DNA from: Antedon mediterranea | Lineage: Eukaryota > Animalia > Echinodermata | Direction of reading: 5' to 3' | DNA: 64,000 nucleotides | Assembly: GCF_964355755.1 (NCBI RefSeq) | Contig: NC_092672.1 | Coordinates: forward strand, 12,400,001-12,464,000 | Part shown: positions 40,501-51,783 of the stretch, one piece after another | Position numbering within the stretch: position 1 is the first letter of the stretch | How the letters are laid out: every line of letters begins with the position of its first letter | Position numbers and translations under genes: made by a program | Notes under the pieces: model-generated | Told to the model about the DNA's origin: nothing | The model's database searches: none | The model's input: only the letters and a program-made list of their open reading frames with translations

Positions 40501-43500
40501 ATATTTTGTTATATTATCAATCTACTATCCATCCCACTTTCATCCTACAATGAAAAAAAAATATTACATAATTCGTTTCTCCCATTTGCTATGAGGATTT
40601 TGAATGCAAACTATGTGTATGTATCGAGTTATGACATTTGCCTTTTTGTTATATTTGTTGCATTTGTATTTTTTCTTATAGGTGTCATACTGTCTGTATT
40701 TTACCAATTTTGTTTTAACTACTACAAATAATAACGTTAATAATTTTAAATAATAGTAAATCTCTGTCAACGCTACCAAACTGTATCAATAATGTGTCGT
40801 ACTGTATTTTACCAATTTTATCATATATTTACTATATTTATTTAATATGTGACAAGCAGGACAATTTGTTTTACATTTCTCAGAGCTTGTTGGTATTTCA
40901 TCATTATTACATTTTTCACGAATTAAAATATTGTGGTTTAGGGCCTACATAGTTATTATCAAACATTCTCATATACAGTACTTCATTGCCTCTTTGTACT
41001 GTATTTCACCTTTCCTAGCTGTGGATGCTTGCCAACGTCGCATAACATGCTCGTTTAACTAACAAATAAACAAGTAGCAAAATCTGTCTCACCACATTTG
41101 GCCAGTGTCATAACAAACTTCTTGGAAGAGAGATGATGATCTCAAAATCACAATAAATGCGTTAAAATTGAATCAAAAAACAATAATAACAAACTACTAT
41201 TTATCAACTGTGAGATTTAAATGCATGCTTGAGTTGAGAGCAAGCAAATCCGTCAAAAACAACAATGTATCTCGTCTCTTTCCCTCAACCTTGCCGTTAA
41301 ATAATTATAGAGGGGGTAGGGTAGTTTCAATAAACGTTGGCAGACGGCAAACATACAATGTATAGAGTGCGTTTAAAAAAAATATTTTCTGAGCTTAGTA
41401 ATAAGATCAGTATTTGTAGTAGACATAAGGACAATATTTTTTAATTTAGATGGATTATTTGTGTAAGAGGAAAACATATACTTAGTTCTACTATCTGAAT
41501 AAACTAAAGAGAATTCATCTTAAATTGAGTGTAGAGAGCATAATTTGCATAGTCTATCATTTCTATTAGGCCTAATACGATTCCATCATCCTTTTTCTAG
41601 TTATAATATTCCTAGTCTTAGTTTAGTCACAATGTGTCTATGTTTGTAATTTTAAATAAGAATTCTTCCATTCCAACATAATTTATATTGAATGCGTGTG
41701 AAATATTGAAACCTATTATCTCAAAGAATTGTGTCGTTCAATAAGCCTCGCCTTTGTTTACATTTTGAAATAAAAAATATCATGCCATGTTGCCAAATCC
41801 ATTTATACATAATAAGTTTTACATCATTGACCCAAATCGCTCATTTTGTTGCGTTTTTCTATCATAACATTGTTTAATGAATTTTTCATAATCTATTTGG
41901 CTTACTCTCAGCCACTAACGAATTAAATTAATGATACTTGGAGTTTGGATAGGGAATCCTTACATTCTCCTCTCATTACATCACTTGGAGCAGAATTTTC
42001 TATTCTTAAAAGATATTTTTATTCTAAAATCAAAATATAGTGGTATGAAGAAGTTGTTCATCTGCTGGAAAACTACAAGTCAGTCGATGCTACAAACCAC
42101 AAGGGTTCAGAGAAGTCAAGCAGGCAGAAATTCATTATATCTCAGATGAAGTATGTGGTCAATGCACGTATTTAAGATTGATGACTCAGGATAATATTCC
42201 TTCTATTTCTCTAATATTATCTAAATCCAAAGTTACCCCAGCTAAAAAAAAAACAAGACAAATCTAAAAAGGTATCAAGTTTGTGTAGCTAACTGGGTAC
42301 AAAAACCAACGATGCAACTTCCATAGAAAACATCTTCTAATCCAAGTGATATAGTCAGTACAGCCGTGCGTTCTACAGTAAGCAATTGATTTCAGATACC
42401 GGATGGGTGAGTAGTTCTACAATTCTTCACCAGGTAGGTCTTAACAAAAAAGGCGGTTGGGCGATTAAATTGATAACGAATCGCGTAAAGTTGTTGCTTC
42501 AGAAGTAAAATATATTTACTCATTCCACACTAATTTTGACAAAGTTGTTTCAGAATGGTTTTATAACAGACAGATAAAATGAACTATAAATCACATTAAA
42601 TGTATTGAATGTTCATTCCCCTTAAAGGAGCCAACACGTAGTAATGCATATTGTTTAGATATGTCTATCAATGGTAAACTTAACAGTGATATGTGTGATG
42701 CGTTTGTTACACGGAAGTGAGCCCTCTAGAGTAAAAGAGGTGAGAGGAATAAAGATGGACGACAACTACAACGTGTTTTGTTATGTTCTTATTGTTGGTT
42801 TCAGCCTAAAGGCTGGTTACGTTTCCTGTCGACGTAAGAAGTCGAATTTTGCAACGATTCTTGCGTTTCATACGTTTCTTACGTCTCTTACGAAAGTTGA
42901 GAAAAACTTGACGTTGTTGACCTTAGTCAAGATCGTGTCGGGCCGCATAGAAACATCTGTAGTTATGCTGCTCCCGAAAGTTGAAATTTTGGCTGTGAAA
43001 CACACGTCGTATGCTTACGTCGATGTTAGTGTTGTTACGAAAGTTGAAATTTTTTTCTTACGTCGGTCGGATTTATGACGTATTTGAAACAACATCTCTG
43101 ATTGGCGTTTCTTTTTAGAGCGGGTTTTATCATTATTCGCGCGAAATGTTGAATGTTATTGTACCTGTAGCTACTCAGCAGCAGTGTCAGTGCAGCACAC
43201 CAACATATTATTTTCAGTAGGCTAGGCCCTAGTATTAGTAAAATACTTAATTAATACTGTATTAATAGGAATTGGATTTGACCAAATAATCAAACTAGCC
43301 TAGGCCCCTAGCCTATTATTATTAGACCTACCTAGGCCCTAGGCTAAGCATTGGCCTATGGGCCTATACATCTAATCGAGCATGATATAGTACTAACCGC
43401 AGTAAGATACCCATTATTTACAGGCCTATAATAAGAATAAATTTAACAAAACAATATAAATTATACAAAATCAAGCAAACAATTTTTTTTAAAAGTTACA

Positions 43501-46500
43501 TAATAATATTATATTGCTTACAAAGGGGCTTTCTATATCTTATCTTGTTGCAAATGTTCATTTTCGCGACGTTTCTACCGATGCTGATTGTTTATTGCAC
43601 GTCCATAAATAAGAGTATTAGATTTTGATATGAGTTGTAAACCAATTCAATTCAATTCATCGATATTTTTATTCCATAATCAATATAAAAACATATACAA
43701 ATACAATACAAATAATAAGATAATGGAATGGGATACAAAATAAGCACAAGTGCTTTAAGCATGTAACCCTAACAAAAACATCAAACAATTAGTACAAACA
43801 AAAAGAACCAACCAAAATAACATAATGTGATTTACTTAACTTAAATATTTCTATTGTTATAATATTGCTTTAATCTCTGTTTAAACAAACTTAAAGTGGG
43901 GGATTGTTTTATATAGTCTGTTAAATTGTTCCAAATATGTGTTCCTTGGTAGGAAATACATTGCTGTCCGACTTTGGTGCGTTTTAGTTGTGGACAGTAG
44001 TTTGACCTGTTTCTAGTTGAGTAATTATGGAATGAGGCAGATGTACTAAATAAGTTATTAAATGATTCAGGTAATAGATTATGTTTATATTGATACATAA
44101 ATATAGCAGTGTGTTTCGTATAAAGGTCAAAAATATTTAATGTTTGGGTCGAAATAAAAAGTGGATGAGAAGGATGCATAAAATGAACATGACAAATATT
44201 TCTAAGTGCTTTTTTCTGGAGAATATGTATACGGTTTAAATTTGTAGCAGAAGTAGCACCCCATACTGTGATAGCATACGTTATTCTAGGTAATAATATA
44301 AGTGCATTGTATACCGTTAACAAGATGTTACTTGATAACATAGACTTCACTTTGTTTAAGACACCAATTATTCTAGAAATACTGTTTGCTACCTCATTTA
44401 CATGAAAATTAAACGATAAACTCCCTGATTAGAACATTATTATGCCTATATTGAAACTACTGTGCATTTGTAAAGTATGTAGGCCTACAACATCGTAAAG
44501 TGGGCTAAAATTATAGTAGTAAATACATACAAATGTTATTGTCCGGCTTTATTTCACTATAAGGACATACATATTACGTCATAACTCTTGTCGCTCATTG
44601 GTTGCTTGTTACGATTGCGCTTACGTCTCTTGCGAAAGTTGACTTCAAGTCAACTTTCGTAAAGGCTGGTTTCCTGTCGACGTAAGAAGTCGAATTTTGC
44701 AACGATTCTTGCGTTTCATACGTTTCTTACGTCTCTTACGAAAGTTGAGAAAAAATTGACGTCGTTGACGTTAGTCAAGATCGTGTCAGGCCGCAGAGAA
44801 ACATCTGTAGTTATGCTGCTCCCGAAAGTTGAAATGTTGGCTGTGAAACACACGTCGTATGCTTACGTCGATTTTAGTGTTGTTACGAAAGTTGAAAATT
44901 TTTTTCTTACGTCGGTCGGATTTATGACGTATTTGAAACAACATCTCTGATTGGTGTTTCTTTTTAGAGCGGGTTTTATCATTTTTCACGCAAAATGTTG
45001 AATGTTGTTATTGTAGCCTACCTGTCAGTGCAGCACACCAACATGTTATTTTCAGTAGATAAGCTAGGCCAGTATTAGTAAAATACTTAATTAATACTGT
45101 ACGGTACCGTACTAATAGGAATTGATTTGACCAAATAATCAAACTAGCCTAGGCTAGTAGGCCTATGTATTATTTGTATGAATCAAAATATGAATTAATT
45201 ATCCTGGCCCTCTAGGCATAGCCTTAAATAGTTTTCAAAATTAAAAAAAGGCAAATCATTTCGAGATTCCTATTATTATTAGACCTACCTAGGCCCTAAA
45301 CTAGGCATTGGCCTATTGGCCTATAAGCATATCTAATCGAGCATGAGATAGTAGGCCTACTACCGCAGTAAGATACCCATTATTTACAGGCCTATAATCT
45401 ATATATAAATTTACGTAAGGGCAAAATTCGGTAAATCGCGCTTTACTTCTAGAATTTTTACTCGATGGTATATAAAGTTGGTTCGTACTTTCGGTACTGA
45501 TTTTAACCACCTGATGTAACCCTGTTTACTAATTAAATTAAGTTAGATAATTAGTTATTGACGATTAAAACGAATTTAGGTTCAACGATTTGCCCCAAAT
45601 AGGGGTGTTTTCCGATCGTGGTATACACTGTCTAATAATGGATGTCCATCTTGAAAAATACCCGCTACAAAAATGCGAGGAGGCTTCGCATTTTCTTATC
45701 TCCTCCTACGATAATTGTTTTTAATAGCTGAAAACCGGTTGAACAGCTAGAGTACAGCATCATAATGTTGAAGACAGGCCGATTTTCTTTAAAAAATACT
45801 ATTTTGATTTAATATACGATTATACAAATGTATTGATTTGCGATGAATGGAACATCCCAATCTCATACAGTCTGCCAGAGTTTGGTTTAACACAAGTAGG
45901 TAAATTTATGAGCCCTTGGTTTAACACATACGGTAGGTAAATATATGGGCCCTTTGAGAATAAACTTGAACAATACTGTAAATACATAATTACCTATTTT
46001 TGGTCCTCATTTGAATCGAACATTTCTTACTGTGAATGTTCGTACTGTTAGATGTAATATAAAAATATATACAAATAAACTTATTACTGAGATTGTGGAT
46101 AGGCTCTACTGTTAGATATATAAACACATTATTATATACAAATAAACTATACTGACAGTTCCTTCTCAACGTTTGTATTAATTAATAATTACCAAAAATA
46201 TAAACGTCGTAGTGGTGTATCGTGACTATATTTCAATCGATTATGACAGTGACAGTTTTAACAAAGTATTAAATCGCAAATGTTTTACTGTATTTAGAGG
46301 TATATTATTTATAGGCCTATAAAACATGAAAAAAATATTTCGTTACTGAGTGCATAAAGAATATATTTAAAAATTGTTCCTCTTTGCACCTATCCGCTTT
46401 CCCATCCCTCAACCCTAAAACTCCCTGATTAGAACATGATTAGGCTAAAATTATAGTAGTAAATACATACAAATGTTATTGTCCGGCTTTATTTCACTAT

Positions 46501-49500
46501 AAGGACATACACATTACGTCATAACTCTTGTCGCTCATTGGTTGCTTGTTACGATTGCGCTTACGTCTCTTGCGAAAGTTGACTTCAAGTCAACTTTCGT
46601 AAGAGACGTAAGAAACGTGACGCAAGGGCGTTCATTCAAGCGTAAGATAAAAAATCCCGGTTTCCTGTAAAATCGGAAGAAAACGTCGTAACGCAACAAT
46701 TGTTAGGTCATCGGTTTCCTGTAAAATCGTTTGTCGTTACCATTTTTCTTACGTTGCGTCGATTTTGTAAATTTTCGATCGTAATCGGTTTCCTGTAAAA
46801 TCCGCATTTCTTACGACAAATCGACGTAGTCGCAACAAAAGTGATGTTCTTACGTCGACAGGAAACCAGCCTTAACGAGCGAGCCCGTAACAAATTGGGG
46901 GGTCATCCGGGAACAAAGTACGGAATTGTAGTTGTAGATCGAACTGATGGTAATTTTAGTTACTTATTCTAAGCTGGTTTTAGGTTTAGATGCGTTTTAT
47001 AACGAACGAGGTTTGGCGGTCGTCGAGCCAGTACACTGTGTTGTTGTTTTAGGCTTGTGTAGGCTTGCCTGTGATACTAGAAGTCGGTTTGGCTTTGATT
47101 TTAGGGGTCTAGTTATTGAGACCACGGCGCACGGTAGGTTTAATACTGTGTGGGCTTGGCAGGTAATTTATTACTGGTGCCTTAATTATCGACATATTGG
47201 TTATTATTATAACCTGTGTTTTTGTTTGTTTGTTTCAAATAGAAACTATGTCAGAAAGTGATTTTGACGAGGAATTTTTGGATAGCATGTCCATTGAGGT
47301 GGTAGCTCAGCTATCAGAGGAACGTTTGCGACTCCTAGGTACTAGGGTTGGAGCATCTATAAATGATTCCATGAATAAATATGACTTGATAAATGTGATT
47401 GGAAGTCATGTTGGTTTAATTACACATGAATCCGTAACAACTGCGGGGAATGAGGTCGAGTTGGCTAGAATTGAGTTGGAACGTGAACAATTAATTTTTG
47501 AAAGAAGAAAAATAGAGATTCTAGAGATGCAAACTCAAAGGGAAATGGAAAAAGAAAAACATGAATTTGAGTTAAGGAAATTAGAATTAGCTAACCAAAT
47601 GGGTCACACCACACGGGTTTCTACACCTAATGATTCAGAGATTACTCAGAATATTAAATAGGTTCCCAAGTTTAATGAGGACGAGGTAGAGACATATTTT
47701 TTAGCTTTTGAGAAAATTGCTAATAGATTAAAGTGGCCTGCTAGACACTGGACTGCTAGACACTGGACTGTGTTGTTACAAACTGCTCTTGTGGGTAAAG
47801 CCCAAGAGGTATTTTCTGCATTGGCTGATGATCAATGTGAAAGCTATGATGTGGTTAAAACTGCTGTTTTGTCAGCTTATGAGTTAGTTCCAGAGGCGTA
47901 TCGTCAGAAATTTAGGAACTTAGGTAAACCTTATGATCAAACGTTTACAGAATTTGCACGTAAAAAGCAGATTCTTTTTGATAGATGGTGTAGTTCGGAA
48001 GGAGTAAAGGGTGAATTTGGAAAGCTTCGTGAGCTTATGTTAGTTGAGGAGTTTAAATCTTGTTCCCCTACTGAAGTTCGTACACATCTAGAGGAGCAGA
48101 AAGTTGATAATTTAATGAAAGCGGCTTCTGTTGCCGATAATTATGTGCTCACGCACAAGGTGGTGGATACCAAATCGGTTTCAAAATTTGTTGATGATTC
48201 TAAGGTCCAAAGTCAGAAAACTACAGTTAATAGTAGTAGTAAATTTGTCAGAACTTGTTTTTACTGCAAGAAAAAGGGTCATATAAAGGCAGATTGCTGG
48301 TTGTTTCAAAGCAAATCTAAAGAGGATAATAAGAAACCCCAATCACTTCCAAACACGTTAGTTAATACAGTCCCGTTGAAAGTGACAGCAAGTCATCAGC
48401 ATGAGAAGCGTTATTCTACTGTTGAGAAGGAGACATTAGCTTTGATGTCAGCGTTAAAGCACTTTGAAGTGTATCTTGGATCTACTCCGTTTCCAATTGT
48501 AGTTTGGACTGACCACAACCCATTAACGTTCTTGGCAAGAATGAAGGACAAGAATCAACGCTTGTTGAGATGGAGTTTAGCAGTTCAAGAAATGAATCTG
48601 GAAATTCATAATATCAGAGGAAAAGACAATGTTGTAGCTGACGCTTTGTCAAGAGTTTAGATAAAACATGCATGAAATGATTTTAAAAGTTTTGTTGATT
48701 TTAAAAGTGTTTATTTAATCATAATATGTTAGTTGTGATAGAGTGATGCATTAATGGCATACACGGATTTAAAGTAATTAGAACTTGTGAAATTTTAAAG
48801 AAGCAGTTGAAGTAAATTTATATCAACGACATGTTAAAATAACTACTGTACAAGAAAAGATTTAAGATGTTATAGTAAACAGTTATAAGTTTAATCATTA
48901 TCAAACTTTCTTTAAGTGGGGGTGTGTGATGTTTGTCACACGGAAGTGAGCCCTCTAGAGTAAAAGAGGTGAGAGGAATAAAGATGGACGACAACTACAA
49001 CGTGTTTTGTTATGTTCTTATTGTTGGTTTCAGCCTAACGAGCGAGCCCGTAACATATGAGAAAACAAAACACATGCAATAATTTAATATGAAAAGATTG
49101 GTGTAAATATTGCAAGGAGACATGTAACGGCAGTATGTGTAACTGAGTTAATGATTATGTAATTTTCGTTGAAGGTATGCTCATCGGGAATAATTTGCAT
49201 AAAATACCATGTTAGCCTACGTATATTAGAAATCTCAGTAGCTAGTGTAGTTAGTTGAGACGATTCTCTATCCTTAGATGTATTGCGATTTCTAAATGTT
49301 ATGTCATGCTATTATACAATAAGTCATCTCCATTGTGGTAATGATTACACGGATTCTGTCTTTCTATTACGTTTTATCTCAACTCAAAGAAGTGGCAAGT
49401 GAGGCCGCAGTTATAGTATTGAGTAGATTGTGTGTTTGTTATTGGTTCTTAGTAAATGTTTCCATATAAACATTATATAAAAGTTTTCTTGTTTTTCACC

Positions 49501-49828
49501 CTTGAGTTTACCGTAAACATGGTGATGATTTATATCATATTCAAATTCAAATAAATATAGTTTCTATACCTCATCTACGGAGTTCACAAGATGTGGATAT
49601 GTTTTACATATTTCTTCAATTTCTTTCAAATTTCCATATACTACAGTTCTTAGCAATACGTTTCTGAAAATAAAGAAGATAAAAATGAATCATAGCAAGA
49701 ATACTCGGTTTGATGATGTTAATATGTTTATTTGTCATGTTTCTAAACAATAATAAATACAATTTTCTTTGAACTATTTAACATATTATACGTTTGTTGG
49801 ATATAAAATATAAAGCTTACTTTGCCAT
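1406..49828 (-). CDS. Spliced gene (3' end outside window): ankyrin-repeat protein with Roc-type GTPase domain (ROCO-like)
   Basis: Exons 49828-49821, 49663-49570, 19757-19653, 15677-15573, 8012-7908, 7469-7365, 6486-6382, 6069-5965, 5039-4941, 1882-1798 and 1562-1406 have GT-AG borders and compatible phases (2,0...0,1). They join into one stop-free frame: [15 protein letters not shown]...([34 protein letters not shown])n...QGQTPASVL...[10 protein letters not shown]...GKEGAGKTS. Confidence 0.8.
1798..1882 (-). CDS. Exon: C-capping ankyrin repeat/linker
   Basis: 85 nt, tatag...gtaagt. Encodes [28 protein letters not shown] plus A, which completes ATT with the next exon. Confidence 0.8.
1932..4487 (+). 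mobile_element. Non-autonomous Helitron, complete
   Basis: A|TC 5' end, 3' hairpin ctagatggtacgc...gcgtgccatctag (4445-4481), then CTAG|T, with no TSD. Internal duplications at ~2966-3323. Confidence 0.85.
4941..5042 (-). CDS. Ankyrin exon (divergent; homologous acceptor AG mutated to TG)
   Basis: (E)[33 protein letters not shown], donor gtacc. Acceptor reads ttcctg instead of ttccag; an in-frame GAG lies 3 nt downstream (exon start 5039). Confidence 0.6.
5965..6069 (-). CDS. Ankyrin exon, 105 nt, phase 0-0
   Basis: [35 protein letters not shown]; ttccag/gtaaa borders. Confidence 0.85.
6382..6486 (-). CDS. Ankyrin exon, 105 nt, phase 0-0
   Basis: [35 protein letters not shown]; ttccag/gtaaa borders. 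Confidence 0.85.
6929..6972 (-). pseudogene. Truncated ankyrin pseudo-exon
   Basis: Only the 3' part ([14 protein letters not shown]) and the donor remain. The 5' half and acceptor are deleted relative to sister units. Confidence 0.85.
7365..7469 (-). CDS. Ankyrin exon, 105 nt, phase 0-0
   Basis: [35 protein letters not shown]; ttccag/gtaaa borders. Confidence 0.85.
7908..8012 (-). CDS. Ankyrin exon, 105 nt, phase 0-0
   Basis: [35 protein letters not shown]; ttccag/gtaaa borders. Confidence 0.85.
8453..15565. mobile_element. Foldback non-autonomous DNA transposon, IS3EU-like termini, copy 1
   Basis: TATGGCAAGCC...GGCTTGCCATA ends, 6-bp TSD AATTTA (8447-8452, 15566-15571), inverted arms 8453-11854 and 12041-15565, ~186-bp spacer, no transposase ORF. 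Confidence 0.85.
15573..15677 (-). CDS. Ankyrin exon, 105 nt, phase 0-0
   Basis: [35 protein letters not shown], inside ORF 15543..15779. Confidence 0.85.
16725..17528. mobile_element. Mutator-like non-autonomous element, nested
   Basis: ~145-bp TIRs starting cgccgtggctaaag; 9-bp TSD ATAAATTAA (16716-16724, 17529-17537). Confidence 0.8.
18396..19476. mobile_element. Mutator-like foldback element nested in the host's right TIR
   Basis: ~90-bp TIRs gggtgtcacgaaagctcagacc with internal subrepeats; 10-bp TSD GGGTTTTGCG (18386-18395, 19477-19486). Confidence 0.8.
19653..19757 (-). CDS. Ankyrin exon, 105 nt, phase 0-0
   Basis: [35 protein letters not shown], inside ORF 19626..19826. Confidence 0.85.
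22308..24602 (-). mobile_element. 5'-truncated L1/Tx1-clade LINE
   Basis: RT motifs GIRQGCPLS and QLADDT; C-terminal CxxC...HLFFSC zinc motif; A-rich tail; 14-bp TSD TTAAATTACTTCTT (22294-22307, 24603-24616); frameshifts. Confidence 0.9.
27004..27992 (+). mobile_element. 5'-truncated RTE-like LINE
   Basis: ORF 27038..27802 with [15 protein letters not shown] and LTYGCHAW (RT C-terminal part); (CCAGTA)n tail; TSD CAGTATA. Confidence 0.85.
30101..30275. mobile_element. 175-bp MITE, 5-bp TSD (possibly hAT-type)
   Basis: TIR cagggaaaaatttc/gaaattattccctg; TSD CTTAT; absent from the other three arms. Confidence 0.8.
31440..31457 (+). promoter_or_regulatory. Primer binding site (tRNA-Trp)
   Basis: TGGTGACCCCGACGTGAT, complementary to the 3' end of animal tRNA-Trp. 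Confidence 0.9.
31691..32605 (+). CDS. gag: Gag of CsRn1-like element
   Basis: KLPPFW...WFAQVEAQF and [18 protein letters not shown] motifs. Confidence 0.88.
   Translation: MEDPPPAEAAVAVDQAGGNAGVPVATQRALPLAAFTLKLPPFWANDPVIWFAQVEAQFATRNITTEATKFAYIVASLQPSIVQEVRDLLLAPPAEGPYSKLKEELIKRTSDSEKKRLHQLLTTEELGDRKTTQLLRKMYQLLGSRTLEDSILKQLFIQRLPNNVQLILAATGGNVTVAQIAELADRILEVSPSQPRVAAISNPTSANADRNEIQTLRAEINKLTAMVSSLANDQHRDKSRSRSRNRNRSSSAKRTQTNENDSEQCWYHTRFGKAARRCRSPCSFQLRKTPKPANNCDEFVRQRF
32550..35560 (+). pseudogene. pol: Pol (protease, RT, RNase H, integrase), disrupted
   Basis: LVDTGA, YIDD, TDHKPL/ADALSR, HIDLVGP/TDRGSQF/NGLVER motifs; frameshift near 33030; TGA at 34682-34684. Confidence 0.9.
36461..38925 (-). 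pseudogene. LINE ORF2 (APE endonuclease + RT), frameshifted
   Basis: ORF fragments 38617..38925, 37652..38620, 37087..37347 and 36301..36600. Confidence 0.85.
39158..39940 (-). pseudogene. LINE ORF1 (coiled coil + RRM-like), interrupted
   Basis: [22 protein letters not shown] and FIHENLT motifs; broken reading frame near 39720. Confidence 0.8.
43642..44417 (-). mobile_element. 3' fragment of CR1/L2-group LINE
   Basis: ORF 43841..44350 (YAITVWG, LQKKALR, HNYSTR, IWNNL); (TTGAA)n tail. Confidence 0.85.
45398..46417 (+). mobile_element. Helitron copy 3, 3'-truncated
   Basis: A|TC start; matches 1932-~2957. Confidence 0.8.
47228..48660 (+). pseudogene. SCAN-like capsid Gag + CCHC knuckle fused to RNase H C-terminus
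   Basis: [13 protein letters not shown] and [14 protein letters not shown], then RYSTVEKE...TDHNPL...ADALSRV; internal TAG at 47659-47661. Confidence 0.85.
49570..49663 (-). CDS. Exon: N-capping ankyrin repeat
   Basis: 94 nt, ttttcag/gtatag. Encodes [31 protein letters not shown] and ends in phase 0, matching the xGNTPLH exons. Confidence 0.75.
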
Positions 49829-49919
49829 TTAAAAAATGCAGTCCCCCTCAGTTTGAAGATATAACTTATTCATCCATTGAAAGAAGTGCACTCTGTAGTT
49901 GCCAATCATTCTGTGGTTG
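49821..49919 (-). CDS. Exon with putative start codon (ATG at 49828-49826) and 5' leader
   Basis: ttttccag acceptor and ATG GCA AA|gtaagc donor. Phase 2 fits the next exon, giving MAKNVLL. Confidence 0.65.
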
Positions 49920-51441
49920 CTGGAAAATGAAACATAAACTTTAAGCATAATGTATTTTTAATATTTTATTTTCTGTTCATTTTTCAATATTTCAATATTT
50001 TGCAATACTAGAAGTTCTTTTTCTAATATTTCATATTAAATTGAAAAATGAAGAGTAAACAAAAATAAAATACATTTGTATATTTTAGGCCTAATTGTCT
50101 TAGAAGAATTTACAAGAATTGATATTTATTCGAGCAGACCAACCATAAACGGCTTTGTTCTAGTATATCATTTACTGTCAATATTAGTATTTTTGTCAAA
50201 GCATTGTACCAATCATTTTATAAAAACATGTTAGGATTTATATACATTTTTCAAGTTTGTATTTTAACATAAATTATATAATTCCCGGTGGGAGCTAATA
50301 GATAAACTGCCGATATCAGATTTAAGAAGTTTCTTCCCAAAGGTAAGAAACATATCATCTCTTCTCGCCTTAAGTGAAGTAAGACACTGCCTTGGTCCTA
50401 CCAGAACCAAAATAAAAAAACTATAAACCCAATTAGATTGTAATTAATTACAAATGACCTTACAGATCATTACATATACACTGCTTTGGTTCTTCCGACA
50501 ACCACACTCCAACAGATAGACATCCCCTACAACTTGCTGATAGAATGATCTAGCACATTGTAAATAAGGAATATAAAATGAGCTATTACAGACTACCTAC
50601 TTTGCATAGTACTGCCTTAGTTCTATCATCCCCATCTGAATATAGGGTACAATATCTCATCTGAGCTATCTTTTGGTACCAGAATATAAATACCAATATT
50701 CCCGCAAGAAATAAAAACAAATTTAATTGAATAAAGTTGATGTATATCAGTACATTCATCTATTTGCAAATTAGAGTCATTAAAATGATCATAAACAAAA
50801 ATAGATTAAAACCATTAAAAAGGAAAACTTGTTTAATGGTTTCTTTTAAAATGTATAAGCTAATAATAAAATCTCAGTTTCCAACGTATGATGAGGTTGG
50901 AATTCCAACCTGACCAAACTCAATTTTACAGAAAATAACTTTAAAATAATAGTTTTGTTTAGGTACAGTATATATATATATATTTATATTAAACCGATGG
51001 TAACCATAAAATCGGTATATGAGAGAAATATGGGTTATTCTGTAAATTTACACGATTAGATGGTTACCTAAAAACAGTATATTTTAACATTTAAAGTTTA
51101 CTGTCCTAGTCATTGCTCAGAACTTGTATCATCTTTACTGTTTTTTGTCACAGATACATCTTCAAAAAGGTTGTCTGAATGCCTAAACCAGTCAGACATA
51201 TAAGCGAATTAGAAAGCTGTATTTTACAGTATTGAAATAACTAGTATTTACTAGTACTTTACTTTTTTTATTTTCAAATAGTAAACAGTATACAGAATAA
51301 TTATATAGTAGAAACTCACACACGTCACTGCATTAAGTAAATGTAGTGTACTATACATTATGTATTCATGTGTGAGATCCTAACATTGGTAGCCGGTGGC
51401 ATATGCAATACTGTATCGAAGGTAGGCTCCATGGGTCTGGG

Positions 51442-51783
51442 GGACGATTTTTTTTTTCGTACATAAGTTGGGGACCCCATGTGAAAGAAAGCCGAATTAC
51501 TTCCTAAATATAACTAAACCTAACCCTCTAAATAATCTCTCTCTCACTATAAAGTAAAACAATTAGCTCATGGGAGTCGAACCCCATACATCGGCATGTA
51601 AAGTCCATAGTGTTATCCACTCGACTACACAGACGGCTCGACAGAAATCGTTTGCATTAGTGAATTGTAGTTAGCTTAATTCTTACGTCGAACCTTATGG
51701 ATATGACTAATGAATATTCATGTTTATTTTGTGACGTTTCACGATGGGTCCCCAACTTATGTACGAAAAGAAATATCGCGTCC
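51442..51783. mobile_element. MITE with internal tRNA-like segment
   Basis: Inverted ends ttcgtacataagttggggaccc / gggtccccaacttatgtacgaa; B-box-like ggttcgactccc on the minus strand at ~51572-51586. Confidence 0.6.

Larger units (their letters stand above)
42810..46872. mobile_element. PIF/Harbinger-like non-autonomous element, partial tandem dimer
   Basis: TIR aggctggtttcctgtcgacgtaagaa; TAA TSD; a second left end at 44663, also after TAA. Confidence 0.8.
42694..49055 (+). mobile_element. Internally deleted Gmr1-like Gypsy LTR element; 5' LTR interrupted
   Basis: ~131-bp TG...CA LTRs (42694-42809 + 46876-46892; 48925-49055), TSD TATG, tRNA-Pro-like PBS at 46896. Confidence 0.88.

Noticed and set aside
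41935-42170. Plus-strand stretch reading [19 protein letters not shown], faintly ankyrin-like
   Set aside because: In-frame stops, opposite strand to the gene, no TPLH motif and no convincing splice sites.
51314-51400. Possible non-coding first exon (gtgagt donor on the minus strand at 51319-51314)
   Set aside because: A donor motif alone is insufficient without transcript data.
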